This document shows, piece after piece, positions 24,565 through 38,305 of a stretch of 64,000 bases of DNA (positions within the stretch are counted from its first letter, which is position 1; the number at the start of each line of letters is the position of its first letter). The stretch is from Amphiscolops sp. MND2022 (taxonomy: Eukaryota), in NCBI GenBank assembly GCA_964187785.1, contig OZ076421.1, positions 8,122,001 to 8,186,000 on the forward strand, given 5' to 3'. The translations under genes and the position numbers were made by a program. The notes under the pieces were generated by a model. That model was not told the origin of the DNA and ran no database searches. It worked only from the letters and a program-made list of their open reading frames with translations.

Positions 24565-24904
24565 CTAGCTATTTCTACTTTCACAATTCTCTGAGTTCTC
24601 TGTTAGGTCTTTATATCTTAGTCCTACGCAGGGAAGACATTTCAACAGATCAGATTCCACTTCCTCTTTCTTCTGATTATATAACTTCAGTAATTTCATC
24701 CAAGTATAATTCTAATCATTCTAAAGTGACAATAGTAAGATTAAATATTAATGATGTTATCACCAAATGTCAGCAATCTAATAATGAAGTATTAACTTCG
24801 AAATGAAGTGACATATGTCTTAATATCTAGTTAGAGGAAATGGGTGCCTTTCAAGGTTATGCAAATACTTGAAATTACTTGAGGTCATGCATCATGGCAT
24901 CATA
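24565..24904 (-). repeat. E4 5' LTR
   Basis: Homologous to 9960-10309; inner boundary approximate; PBS not recognisable. Confidence 0.75.
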
Positions 24905-25638
24905 ATAGGGGTCTAGCGATCATCGTCAGGGCGCTTTGGTCAAACGTTTTTTCAGCTCCTTGATTGCGTTCCTGCATGAAGTCTGGCAGCTTCATGATAT
25001 TTGGGTTAATTACCAATTTGTGCCAGTTATGTTTGGTTGTGACCTGTGACTCAGGTTTGACGTAATTTTCTGAAAGACAGCCAAGATATCCTTCAGTGTT
25101 CACCTGTTTGCCGATTTGGTATCACGGAAAACGTGTAACAAATTTTTGCGTAAGTGCGAAAGCAAATGGTTTATTTTCTCGTCTCAGTCATGTCTAGCTG
25201 CATTTTTATCGTCGTATGAAAGCGGTCTTAAAAGAGTTCCTTTTTTTACGGTAAAGCGTCAGTGTGGTGGTGTTGACTCGTCGTACCATCAATAATTGCG
25301 CCGATGATCTGTTGATACTCATACCAACTAATACATCAGCGTTTGAAGGGATCAGTAGGGGAGTTTTTCACTGAGAATTCCGGGCCTGGCAAGTTTGTGT
25401 CCAGAGAACCATTCTCAAGAGAATTTTGGGATTGCATGGGCCGACTTGGCAGGAACTTAGGAATATAAGAGGATGTTGTGACCCCTCTCACCAAGTCGTA
25501 ATCTCTCTCACTAGCATTAGAGTCTAGTGAAGTATCTCTATTGTTGTGATTAGGATTAAAATCTACTTTGTCTAATTTGGGGTGATTTGAAGTGATTTTA
25601 CTAGTAGTTTTCACTCCGATCTTTTTATTCCGGATGAC
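24905..25638 (-). pseudogene. E3 gag N-terminal part, degenerate PBS (about 25480-25492) and LTR fragment
   Basis: YVKPESQVTTKHNWHKL..MKLPDF aligns with E1 Gag; 25561-25638 matches 57275-57355. Confidence 0.75.
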
Positions 25639-27518
25639 TGTCGCGACCCCAGAGGTGTCACGGAATGCAAACAACAAGAGGAACGCCTGAGGAGGGAAGC
25701 GAGGAAATCGACCAGAGTAGGTCAGAAATGCCATAACAAACCTAAAAAGAAAAAACCAACAAACAGCCTAATATTATCTAAATAACATGTAAATGTGCAT
25801 TTACTACCATCGTGCTGTACCTGAAATACATAGATATGTAAATAATAATATAATAATAACAGGCGCAGTATTTGCTCAGTCAATTAACCAGCGCGTTGTT
25901 AATTCGATCAACGCGTTGACTGGGGACTTGCCTCAACGGCAGTAGTAATTTTAAATAATTCAGTCTGTATTGACCAATCAGAAATGAGCGTAGTTGAAGC
26001 TACTAGTGAATTCGGGTTAACGTCCCAGGCAGCAATACCAGTCGACTGAAGCTGGGACGCACGCTCAGTCGCACTGCCTGAATATACTGATGCAACCAAT
26101 CGACGCTAAGTTTTAAATGAAATTTCACGACTTAAAAGAAGTCAAGTACCAAGAGGGTGTCCAATGAACACTTGATGTATTCAATGTTTTTATTGTATTT
26201 AATTCACCTCGTGTTTGAGTCAACCTCCCAGGCAAAGTGCTAAATTTCCTAAGTAAAACGACAGCCAGGGTGGACGACCCAAACATTTGAGTAACATATA
26301 ACATTTGTTATCTCATTCGCGAAGCTGTCCTCTTTAGACGTTTTGATTGATAATATTATAGTGAAATAAACCCCCCAGTGCTAATATTCACCTCACATGC
26401 ATCGTTTAGTTCAATAACAAATGAGTCAACCACCTTGTCAACTGGCCAGACGACCCAAAATGAAACGCGTTGCCTGGCGTTCATCCAGGATTTTAATTGT
26501 TTGTTTCAGCCTAAAACACCGATTAACGGCTATAATTGTCTGATTAAAAGAAAATCAGTGCTGTTAATTTGTAATACCGAAGTATTTTCCTGGTTTGTTT
26601 ATTAGTAAAGTTTGGGAATATTCGAAGTAAATTTCACTTTCCTTTCCCGCTTCAGTAGCTAGATTCTTGAACTTTCAGTGCCAACTTTGGTTCGGCGTCT
26701 TGAATTGGCTGGAAATGAAGAAGGAAGTAACGCGGAATCGGGACTTCGGCAGGAAGTTGATTCCCACTTTTCATTTAAAGTGAGTTGACGCTGAAAGCCG
26801 AGTCCCGAGGACCTAATTTGGATTTTCCTGCCTCGGATTGACGCCGAGCTGAACGAGGTGTGAATTCACGCGCGGGATTTATCCCGCGTGTCTAGCGGAA
26901 AGTATATATACCCGAGGCGGGCTAAGGAGAGGACCAGTTTTATGTTGTGATTTTACGAACCGTTCGCCTGTAATTTTGAATTTTATTTTCATAACGTTCT
27001 TTTACTGACAATTATTGCTCTTTTATTTTGTTTGTCAAAAATCACTGCATGTGTACCATCCGATGTTTGGATACTATTTGTTTCATCAACTGTCCACGCT
27101 TGGAAATAACTTGAAACTATTAATCTTCAGAAAAGACCTAATTCAATTGTTCCAAGCCTGAACACTTTCTTGAAAATGCCTGAAAAGACTCAAAAATGAA
27201 AATTAAGAAGTGATCAAACTACCAGTCAGGAAGAGGTTGAGAGTTACAACCACCCGGATGACGAAAATGTCAGTCTTTCTGAGCAGGTTTTCGAGGATTT
27301 TTCTAGCAAAGTTGAACAACGTTTGTCAAAACGATTGAGAGATACCGAGTTTGGACAAACAGAGATCTTGAAGTTGATTGAGAACCTCACGTCTAAAGTA
27401 GATAGTCTTTCAAATCCTGCCTCTGAACAGTGTAGCTCCGCCTTGCGTTTTGAATTTGACACCGATCCGGTGAATGACTCAGGAAATGAAAATGCTTTTA
27501 GGAACGTCGGTGCCAACA
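25639..27518 (+). repeat. E2 5' LTR (1880 bp)
   Basis: 25677-27518 aligns with 39158-41012; ends CCAACA before the PBS. Confidence 0.92.
26871..26910 (+). promoter_or_regulatory. LTR promoter: 18-bp palindrome CGCGGGATT(T/A)ATCCCGCG followed by TATATATA
   Basis: Seen in all three LTR copies (26871, 40365, 47760); perfect in the latter two. Confidence 0.55.
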
Positions 27519-27529
27519 TGGTGACAGGA
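27519..27529 (+). other. E2 primer binding site TGGTGACAGGA
   Basis: Immediately after the LTR end, which is defined by comparison with the 3' LTR. Confidence 0.88.
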
Positions 27530-28582
27530 TTTTCAGCGAACCAGCAAGAAAACATCCACCAAAGATGATCAAACCTGCCGCCTCCAAACCAGAGGTATCC
27601 TGATGACTTCATCGATGAGCTTCTACAATCGTTGCAAACGGCAACCACCCACAACACAGGAATCCCCAGGCTACCCAAAGCCATGTCCACCACGATGACC
27701 ACATTCGATGGGAAAGCAGACAAATTCGAACTCTTCGAGGACCTCTTTCAAACGAGCCTGAAAGTGTACCCCAACATCGCAGAAGAGGAGAAGATCCACT
27801 ACTTCCACTCCCTCCTCCGGGGCGAAGCCCTACAAACATTCAGAAATATGACTGATGCCACCCGTGAACACCTCAATGACAACCTGGCAGGTTTCCGCCG
27901 CAGATATGTCCGACAACAATCTGTGCCAACGACACGCTGCAAATGGGAAAACCTATCTTTCAATCCGAGCCAACAAACCTTCCCCGACTTCCTAGAGCAG
28001 TACCAGAAGTTGGCCCAGGAAGCGTACGGAGAAGACGCCCCCAAGATTATAGAAACCTTATTCTACGCTAAGATGCCGCCCCACCTCAAGAGGGTCTTAA
28101 ACCAATCCCGACTCGAGACGGAATCCTACGAAACTATGGTACAACACCTCGAGAGGGAAATTGAACTTAACGGTTTGGCAGCGACCGACAGGCCACCAAT
28201 TACAGGGGTAAACAACCTCGCACTAAGCCTACCAAAAACAACAAGAGAAACCTCCCAAAACAACAGGAACATGCTTCGTGTGCGGCAGCCCAGGACATTT
28301 ATTACGAAACTGTCGCAAAACCAACAGTGACAAACGATCCCAGAAAAACCAAAACCCAACTGAAACTACACCATGTAAAACATGCGGAAAAAGGAGCCAT
28401 GAGACCAAAGATTGCTACTCAGCTGCAAACTGGGCAAACCGCCCAACGTTGTTGAAAACACCCAAAACAACACCTCCAAACAATATCCCGATCCCTCAAC
28501 AATCACAAGCTACCCCAATGCAACAGCCGCAATTTGCACAAATGTCTCAACCACCAACTGTTGCGCAATCAACAAACGAATC

Positions 28583-28589
28583 AAAAAAC
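28583..28589 (+). other. -1 frameshift heptamer A_AAA_AAC
   Basis: TCA AAA AAC TTC TAG; the -1 frame reads KKLLEPRL, like E1 KKLILPRL. Confidence 0.75.
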
Positions 28590-28595
28590 TTCTAG

Positions 28596-31500
28596 AGCCA
28601 CGTCTTCGCTTCGGGAACTACTTCGACTACATATATTACACGATATCTGAACCTCCGAAGAACCACGATTCCGAAATGTTTGGAGAGTGTTCCGGTTAAG
28701 CATCTACCGACTGGCAGCGGAGATGGCTCGTCCGGCGCCTCATAAAGTTTAACAAATCCACCCTAGACAAATTAAAATTCCCGGATTGGTACTTAGAATC
28801 CCCCAACTGTATAACTCAACTAGACGCCCTCTCCCTCTCAGTTCCACTCCCGACACCTACATTCATGACCCAGACTACGGTTGTGACCCTTACCACAACC
28901 CCGACTCATACGACCAAGCGACTTTAACATTCAAGGAAACGATTAATGTACCCTTCCACGAATTTGCCAAGAAGACGAACATGAATCTGGACATAACTAA
29001 GAAGAGAACCGAACACAATGGTGATCATCCACCCGTACCACACGCCGACGAACAAGACATGGAGCTACAAGTTATTGTGTCAGCGCCCGCTTACCCTCTT
29101 AAGCCAATCATCAAAACACTTGTCTCCAACATGACCGTAAACAGGTCACCCACAAGAGCTCCGGCACTCACCAACGAAATCAGGGCCTCGATGACATCAT
29201 CACCATCATCTCCTCAAAGTCCAGAACTTCCAACAAAACAACGCTCACATCAAACGGAAACAACAACCACCGCAGTACTAGACACGTACAAAGCCGGGGA
29301 CCCCCCCCCGTAAACCCTATAACCCAAACCAGCGTCGCCTCAACACAAAAAAAAACAAGACGGATCAAACGAGCACTGACTCGTGAGTTTGACAACAACG
29401 CACAGCCCAATACCAAGGAGAATCACGAACACGAAAATCACAAACAGAATGAAGGGTATATGTTGCTACAGCTGGACCCAAACCTACTAACCAGCATCCC
29501 GACTAGCGACAGCCCAGCTGGCGAACAATGCCTACCCGTATTTTCTGCAATCGCCCTCAAGCAGAAGAGACGCATGCTCTTCGCACCGATGGACTTTCAA
29601 CATTTCTCCAGAGACGCGCTCATTGACTCCGGCGCCCTGGTCAACTGAATGCCCGAAAGTGAATTTCAAAACTGAAAAACATGAGCCCCGATAACATTCT
29701 TCAAGAAGCCGATCCTCCACCTTTCAAACTACAGGTCGCAAATGGCGACCTTGAAAGCCCAACCAAGACAATTCAAGTCCAGTTTGAAATTGGTGATTGG
29801 ACGTTCAAGGAAACCTTTATCGTGGCGAACAAGATCACAGACCCTATCCTAGGCCTCTCCTTCCTAAGAAACAATAGCGCCGTATTGGACGCTAGTCAAG
29901 GACTCCTACACTTCCCCCATCTAACTTACGCAATAAACGCCACTCCAGAGGAGCAAACACCAAAACCACACAAGTTGATCATCGCAAACGATCATTGTCA
30001 AAAGCCAAAGACGACGTTGGCTCCAGACCAGTGTATCACAGTTGAAGCCCTGGTCAACATCAAATCAATCGCAGACACTACAGGTGTCATTCACCCGATG
30101 CCAGCATATGCAGAAGACAAACCCATAGTTCTCGCCAGCTCCCTATCCACTGTCCACGACATGAGAGTACCCAATCGACTCACGAATATCTCACCCACTT
30201 CATTCACGATCAAGAAGAACACAGTGGTAGCTGAATTCCATATCACAACGCCCAAAGAGGCCAAGAACATCAAACCTTTATCCACGGCGGCATTAAAGGT
30301 CCTAACCGAAGACGACTCAGAACAAGCACTCGAGTACGTAAACGAACTGCTGAAAACGACGGAAAAACCAGAAACCACCCAACAGTTTTGGTTCCCCACC
30401 CTGAACAACCCGGGCGATCCCTCCACTCACACTCGAGTCCAAAGACGAATCCTCAGAGAAATTGAAGAATTGGAGGAAATCCAAAACCTGAACCCCACAA
30501 ACAGCCCACAAAAAAAACAGAAATTTCTTAAGAAATTCAAGTGGGGAAGACTCTCACCTTGGCGAACAAGATCGGAAAGACATAGAGGACATCCTCGTCG
30601 AATACCACGACATATTCTCCCGACATCGCCTAGACATTGGAGTCAACCACGACTTCAAGATAAAACAGACGCCAAAAAATGACCAGCCCGCATACACGCA
30701 GAGCCTACCCTGCCCAGTAAACCTCAAAGAAGATTTCACAGTGTAGTTAGCCCTGATGCACTATTACGGCATCATAACCACTCTCCCGTTCAACAAATAT
30801 GCTAGCCCCATATTTGCTCAACGAAAGCCAAATGGACGACTTCGACTTGGAAAGATCAACAATCTAATAGCTGACGATTACACGAAGAACAATCACCCAG
30901 TCAGCACCTTCTCCGAGGCGGCACAACACCTCGCCGGAAAGAAGTTATTTTGCAAGCTAGACTGCTCCCAAGCTTATCACGTCTTGCAAATGGCAGACAA
31001 AAAGTCGGTAGAACTACTAGCTTTCAGTTTCGCCAGTCGAACTTTTGCATTCCTGCGGCTCGCACAAGGGCTCAGCAGGTCCCTCTCCTCCTTCGCGAGC
31101 TTCATGAGAGAATATCTCGATCGAGTCATCAAAGCTGACAAATGTGCTCAGTACGTCGACGACATCGGGATTGCCACCCACAACACCGAGGAGCTGGAGA
31201 CCAACCTGCGTGAGGTTTTTCAGTGCGTCCGAGAAGCAGGACTGCGTTTGACAATGGCCAAATGCCAGTTTGGTGCCAAGGAAGTCCAATTCCTTGGACG
31301 AACTGTGTCGCCGGAAAGAATTGCCCCACAAGACCAGAAGATTCAGAATTACCTGCAAAAACTGACCTTCCCGAAAACCAAAAAGGGCCTACAGCGCTAC
31401 ATTGGCTTCATTAATTACTATCGGAATTACATCCCCAGGCTTTCCGAAAAGATAGCCCCGTTTCACGACTTTATCAAAGCCGAAAAACCCATTAAGATCA

Positions 31501-33993
31501 CAAACGAGATCATGAACAGTTTCACCAGCATCAACAAATCCTTGGACAATGCGTGTGGCCTGTGGCTCAAACAACCCATGCCCAACAGACAATACGTACT
31601 CATGACCGACGCCAACGTCAAAAACGCAGGTTACGCCCTAATGATCGAAGAAAACCCAGATGAGAAAATCAACTCAGTCCGGAAAAAATACGCACCTGTG
31701 GCATTCGGTTCAAAGACTTTCTCTCCGTCTCAGATCAAACTGTCCATATATGCGAAAGAATTCCTGGCCATCTACTTCGCCTTCATGGAGTATGGCCACA
31801 TTCGTTGGGAATCAACCAAACCGGTTGTCGTCCTCACGGACAACACATCAGTGACACGCTTTTTCCAGACAAAAATCATTCCACCAGCCTTGTGGAACGT
31901 GTGCAATTTTGTCCTTCAATTCCATTTCACTATTGCTCACGTGCCGGGCAAAATGAACACAGCTGCAGACTTTCTGTCCCGCCTCGACCTTCAGCCAAAA
32001 GACAAGGTCCACCTCACCATAAGGGACGACATACGTACTACACCTATCCAGGTAAACATCCAGTGGTCTGATGTTGCAGAAGAAGAGCAATTCTTCTTCA
32101 TGCCCGATGACGATACGGAAACAGAAGAGCAAATCTGGCGGCGTAAGCTCCGCGCTGGCAAGAAATTCACTTCCAACGTTGACCCTTCCCATTACAAGCG
32201 AAACGACCACCGAAACAACGGACAGTGACCAAAAAGTCACCATATTTCAAACGGAAGTACTAGTAACTCAAACAACCCCTGAAACCACCAGTGAAGATGA
32301 TAGTCCATTGAAAACCATGAAACATCAACAAGACAAAGTCAACGTCTTGAGAAATTATAAACTTCGCTTGCTTAAAGAACCTTACAACGAGCAACTCTTA
32401 GCAAGCGACCCCCTCGCAGCTCGATACATTGCCCAGGACAGCAGAATAATCTTAAGAGATGGACTGTTATACCGGCAGTACTATGATCACACAGGAAAAG
32501 TCAAATTCCTATAGATTCTGCTACCTGAGCACCTAATGGAATCATTCATTCTAGCGCACCATGGACAGGCAGGCAAACACCCCGGGATAGCGAAGGTCAT
32601 ACCACAGTGTCGGGAGAAATACTGCTACCCGGGCATGGCAGCCAGGATAGCTCACCACATCTCCCGATGCACCGAATGTATGCAGAACAAACGAACGGAC
32701 AAACGGTCCATCACGCCACAGATGATCGACACATCCAAAATGGCCCTAGGCCCTGAGGATGCCCTCCAAATGGAAATTGTCCCCTTCGACGAGCCCTACG
32801 GCGGCTATACTGCAATCATCACGGCAATGGACGTTTTCTCATGCTATCTATTTACTTACAATGTAGTCAGAACAGATGCCCCCACAGTAGCCCGAGTTCT
32901 GGTGGACATCATGACCCGCGACGCCTACCTCCCAACCACCGTCATTACAGACGAGGGCACGCAGTTCATGTCTGATGTCATGACTGATGCAACTAGAACC
33001 CTGGGCATACAACTCAGACATGCCACGACTAAACACGCCCAAAGCATTGGAATACTAGAGAGATGCCACGCCTCTCTAAAGGAGTCACTAAAGATCTCAA
33101 CCGGAGAAAGAAGAACAATGTGGCACCAATTTGTAGCTATTGCAACGCTTAACTACAACACGTCGTACCACTCCGCCCTTGGTTGTGAACCGAGCAGGGT
33201 ATTCCATGGGAGGATACCGTACAACGTATTGGACCTGAAGTTTGGCATTCGCAACGCGCTACAAACAACACCGACGACAGCCCCTGGAGAAGACTTACTC
33301 CATTAAACGCAGCAGATAAAGGAAACTGTGAGCAAAAACTTAATGCAATCTTGTATACGATACAAACAGCATTACGACAAAAAAGCAAACGCTCACCCTC
33401 TACACGTCAACGAATACTGCTACGCACTACAGCGGAAAGCGAACACCCTGGGCACAAAAATCCCGTTTAGAGAATACCTCTGGACAGGACCATACATTGT
33501 CGTCAAAGTCCTGCCGAACAACAACTACCTCATACGCAAACTCCAGACAAAGTTCACACAAATCCTTCACAGCATCCGTTTGAAACCTTGCCCAACCGAC
33601 AAACCGCTCCCAGACAAACCAGTCTTACCCAAGGATTATATACCGGACAAGGAAGGAGACGTCTTCCACGACGACCTATTTGCCCAAGCTTGGCAGTCGA
33701 ACACCGAAGATCTTACCCCAATACCCAATACACCTTCCCAGACGGAACCTACCGTAACGATTCCCGAGCCATCCGAGGCTCAATTGACTAGAAGAGATAC
33801 CCGATCACCCGACCCAGAAGCTTTCCACCCAGCACCTAACCCAGATGAACGCCCAAATGACACAGCACCTAGCGTCAGTTCAGATAACCACGACAATGAT
33901 GACACAACCCCAAATTCCCTGAGCAAAAACCATTATAACCTACGAGCAAACCCCCCGTCAAACTGGGAACAAGATTATGCTTATTTATTATAA
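28596..33993 (+). pseudogene. pol: E2 pol (PR-RT-RH-IN), with stops and frameshifts
   Basis: LIDSGALV, CKLDCSQAYH, YVDDIGI, LMTDAN, HHGQAGKHPG...CTEC, TDEGTQF. Confidence 0.93.
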
Positions 33994-34565
33994 TACAATG
34001 AATGTCAACCTATTTTTCATAACAACTGAATGCTCAATTACATGCAAGGATAATCGTTTTACTTAATGACTTACGACTGACTAACTTTCTGTCTACACAC
34101 TCATCTATAGACTCAAGGAAAAACAGAACCGAGGAGTGAACAATCAATTACAGACAATTCCAATCATCGTCTTTTATCACGAGGCATCACATTAAGCCCC
34201 TTCTACTCCTCCTGTTTTTTTTCTCTTTTTTTCAAACGCTTGATTAACCAAGCTTTTTGATTACAACCAAAATGGACACAACGGCCCAGAAGAACTACAA
34301 TCAAAGTAAAATACATCAAATCAAATTATATAAAAATCAAACCAACAGCAACAACCGTTGAATGTTCGACAGTTCAAAGTCCATCTGCAAATTACGACTT
34401 GCCAACACGCTTCTGTGATGACGAAACTTTCGATCTGGGGGTCACCCGCATAGGACTACCACTACTGCGAGCTTCCCTCTTGGCTTGTAAGATACGAGTC
34501 ACGTCACTTGAACGACTCGGGGAAAAAGACAAACAGGGCAACGCACTGGATACTTCAAGCACTGG

Positions 34566-37500
34566 CTAGGACGATCCGCGTCCTAACGAATGAACGGGAG
34601 TGTCTGAGACAATAGCAACAGCTAACACCGCCCGACTCTCGACAGTAGGCTGTGACTTATCTGGAGTAGGACAAGTGGACAAGATGCCCAGCCCAGACTT
34701 GCGCCGCCATTCATTAACCTGCTCCAGGTAATAGGCGTTGAACGTACTTCGCAAACCGCGATACAACTCGCTCCGCGCTCTAGCATACAAGGGCCGCCAC
34801 GAAGCAAAAGAAGCATCCTCGACAAAAGTCCTCCCGTTGGGAAGATTGATCTTCAACTCCTCCAGACAGTTCTTAGTCAACAGTTCTCCAGCACTGAACC
34901 CGCCACAAGACACAAAAGACTGCACTGACACAACCGATGTAGTTAGAATCTTCCCAGGAATCTTCACCCCACTCATGGACATATCCACATCAGGATATTC
35001 AACGGATCGCGGAACCAAAACCAGTTCGGCCAGTCGAATCACGTTCGACAAATTTGGACGGCAGTCCACAACCCCGAACTCCGCAGGAAGTATAGACCAT
35101 TATTAATTGACGAGATAACCTGTCGATTCCGACGACGAAGTTCTACCAACAGTGACTTAAACTCATTGCAGGATCCCTCGCCCTCTGATACGCTGAGCCG
35201 ACCACAATCTTGGAAGCAGTTGATCAAGTTCCGAAACAACTCCACTGTATATATCTCGTCGCCCTGGACCAGCATATCGGGAGAAAAACAACTCAGGCTT
35301 GATAACACTCGTGATTTCGCAAAGGCAGAACTGTTCAACACCTTCAAGAAATCCATAAGGAAACTATGGCACTCTTCAAGAAACGACCGCTTCACTGTAT
35401 ATCCACACCCACCCAACGCAGACATAATTATGGGCTCACTTCTGAGACACTCCGGAGCTGGGACATTTGATCAGGTGTTTAGAGAACGACCGACATACTG
35501 ACTCCAAGCCTCAATCTCTGGCAACTCGGACAACTTCTTCACTTTGCTGAGGAGGCTCCAGTAGAAAAAACAGAATTCAGCATAATTACGCCAGTTGTAG
35601 TCCGACACATCGGTAACAAACTGCTTCTCAAAATTCGCCTGGAAACAAGCCACCAGCACATGAAAGACTCAGCCTGGGCAACACCAGAGAATCAGTCACC
35701 ACAACTCGGCTCAAACAGACCCAACGATACTCTCTTCTAAGAACAGTTTTACGTCAGCTCAATGTTGGACCAATTCCTCCAGAAAGGCACACAATGATGC
35801 AAAGGGCACTTCGAGTTGACGAATGCAGCGACGAAGTTGTGGAAGACCCATCAACCAAGGCTGATGTATAGCTTTTGCCAGACGAAGCATCAAATACTGT
35901 AAGACCGCGAATGGATCCAAACTGCTTGCCCCGACTAGACCCGCATCATGCACATGACCTTTAAATACCTCAGGAGTATACTGTGTAACGAACAACGGCT
36001 CGGGAGACCACTCACTTTGACACCACACGGAGAAGGCATTAAACAGAGTGGCCGAACAACCCTGCAAAGTTACGGGAACATGTTTGGGAGGCAGCAAAGC
36101 AAGCACCCGGGAAAGACACTTGATTTCAGCATCACAAACTCAAGAACCCATTTGCTCCCACAGGACACAAATCTCACGCTTGCCATCAGCAACAGCATAT
36201 CAAACGAAACATCGCCAATTATCTTCGTCTTCCCGGAACAACACACTGAAATAAGACTCCTTGCAGACTGACTGAATGCGACGAAGCACTCGCGGGTACA
36301 AAGTTTGACACAATATCACCAATGTCTCAGTCTTACTGCACGTTGCTTGGGCGAAATTACACTCCACTGGAATAGTAGTCCTGAACTCATTCCACAATCG
36401 ACGCAAGAAACTATGTGAGCCTCCACTTCGTAGAAGCTCAAACAGACTGCCCACCAATGTCGAGGAAGGCACATTAGACTCTACTCCACAAGTGCATCTA
36501 TCTCATCCTCAGCAAACGCATTCTTTTTCGCAAGACCTACAGGAGGAGTCATCTCAATCTCTGCTCTCAACTCAGGAGGAATCGAAGACAAATTTACAGC
36601 ATCAAAGCGCGTCGTATACACCACGTCCTCATGGTCAAGCCGGTAACGCCGATCTTTCAGGAAGTGAGTTTTGCCACTGAAGTGACGGTGAATCTCCGGC
36701 TCTCCACGCGTCAAGAAAGAAATATCTTTGCGACAAATTGCACAATTGAAGCCATTTGGACTGCCATTGGACCGTCAGCTCACAAAAAGACTAGGAATAG
36801 CATGTTCGACTATCACTTTGCGTAAAATGTGTCTTTCAGTCTGCCGTTTTTTCCTCAGCTCATACTTCGCAAACAACTTTGACTTGGTGGTCTCCTCCAC
36901 ATTCAGCTGAGTCTGAGCGCGGTGCATGTGGATGCCCTTGGCCCGCAACAAACGCATGATTTTCTCCATTTCTAAACAAGAATATGTAGCATAGAGGAAG
37001 TAACAACTATGAATAGACACTAACCACTCAAACGTGACAAGTGTCTCAAACCCAACACCATAGTCTTAACGAAAAACACAATACATAGTCGACAGGAAAA
37101 CACAAAAACGAATAAACACCAAAACTTACGACGAGTCAAGGAGCGCGACTCAAGACAACTCTTTGACCTCTCCAACCGCACAGCAGCTTGTCCAAAAGCC
37201 AACACTTGCGAAGAAGACAAGCACACTGCGCCAGGGGGTACCTCTTTGAGCCCAGCTAAAAACAACCATACTACATAACCATATGATCGAAAACCAGTAC
37301 CAACCCCCTCCCAAACTCCAAACAACCAGCGAAATAAAAGCCACGAAAACAAACATTGCAACCAAACATTTTCCCATTCATTGTGCAGCACAGATCGCTC
37401 CAGACCCTCAGCCGGACGCGAGTGTTGAGTCCGTTCACGCTTGGCTGCCACAGATTTGGTAACGGCAACACCCGCACCTTCTCCAGGGACATCGCCAGAG

Positions 37501-38305
37501 GATGACAGAAAACCCACACCAGCAAATTGTCCAACCAAAACTTCGTCGGCACTGGTCAACCCCAGATCAGGACGGCCAACTAAACAAAAAGCAATCAGAC
37601 TAGGCTCAGCGAAACGACATAACCATAACAGACCAAGAATCCCTACTTTCAGTTGTCTCATGATGGGCAGGAGATGAATCACTGGCACAATCACTGGACG
37701 ACTCAGAAGCAGCTCTGCCCCGTTTATCCACACCAGCACTGATTGCTGAACCCAATCGCTTGCTCCGGCGAACCCCAGAGCTACTAGGCGCAGAATTTCC
37801 TGGATGGAAATCAGCATCATTAGAATCATCAGACAGCCCTAAACAAAACAATGAAGTGGATGAATTGACGCGTCTGTATACTAGCATAATAGTGTTAACT
37901 GGCCATAAACACATCGCTGAGCATCTAACCCTGTTGGTCATGCAGATAATCCAATCCGTGTCTGGCTTCACTGTCAGTGGATTGAATTGAACGGGCATCT
38001 TCTGCATCAACAACTTTGTTCGCATCCTCATCAAAACTGTCATCAGAATCAATCTCGCCAAAACCGCGAGGGACTCAACGCGACTGAGCTACAGACTCCG
38101 CGACCTGACCCACTTCATCATTTCCTTCAGCAGCAACAACTAACTGCCTTTCCACATCAAAACTCTCAGCCCCCGAAGTAGCAATCCCACCACTCACTTC
38201 CTTCGCATTAGACTCCACCTCACTCTCCAAGAATTCAATGTTACGCGAACGTAAAACATGTTGAACAGCTTCATCTGTCGAGTTCGACATATTTTCCGCT
38301 TGCAA
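34566..38305 (-). pseudogene. Antisense, intron-containing gene inside E2; hAT-transposase-derived, catalytic residues apparently lost
   Basis: Acidic N-terminus; C2H2/BED-like CAICRKDISFLTRGEPEIHRHFSGKTH; TCSKTET..LYP..YFSVLF..CFVxY; PWL; LSNVIRLAELVLVP (hATC-like); three GT-AG introns restore the frame. Confidence 0.65.

Larger units (their letters stand above)
9960..24904 (-). mobile_element. Env-bearing Gypsy element E4, decayed, about 15 kb
   Basis: Direct repeats at both ends; gag, RH, IN and env remnants; flanks AAAG/ATAG (4-bp TSD with one mismatch). Removing E4 rejoins the E3 gag as ...RPLYAKLLPKLKRSV. Confidence 0.85.
27176..28595 (+). pseudogene. gag: E2 gag, beginning inside the 5' LTR
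   Basis: One frame runs from MPEKTQ through MVTG (PBS) to FDGKADKFELFEDLF with two internal stops; one frameshift before knuckles CGSPGHLLRNC and CKTCGKRSHETKDC. Confidence 0.85.

Noticed and set aside
26378-26605. 75-aa ORF repeated at 39866 and 47261
   Set aside because: Recurs only because it lies in LTR copies; GTG start and no protein-like signal.
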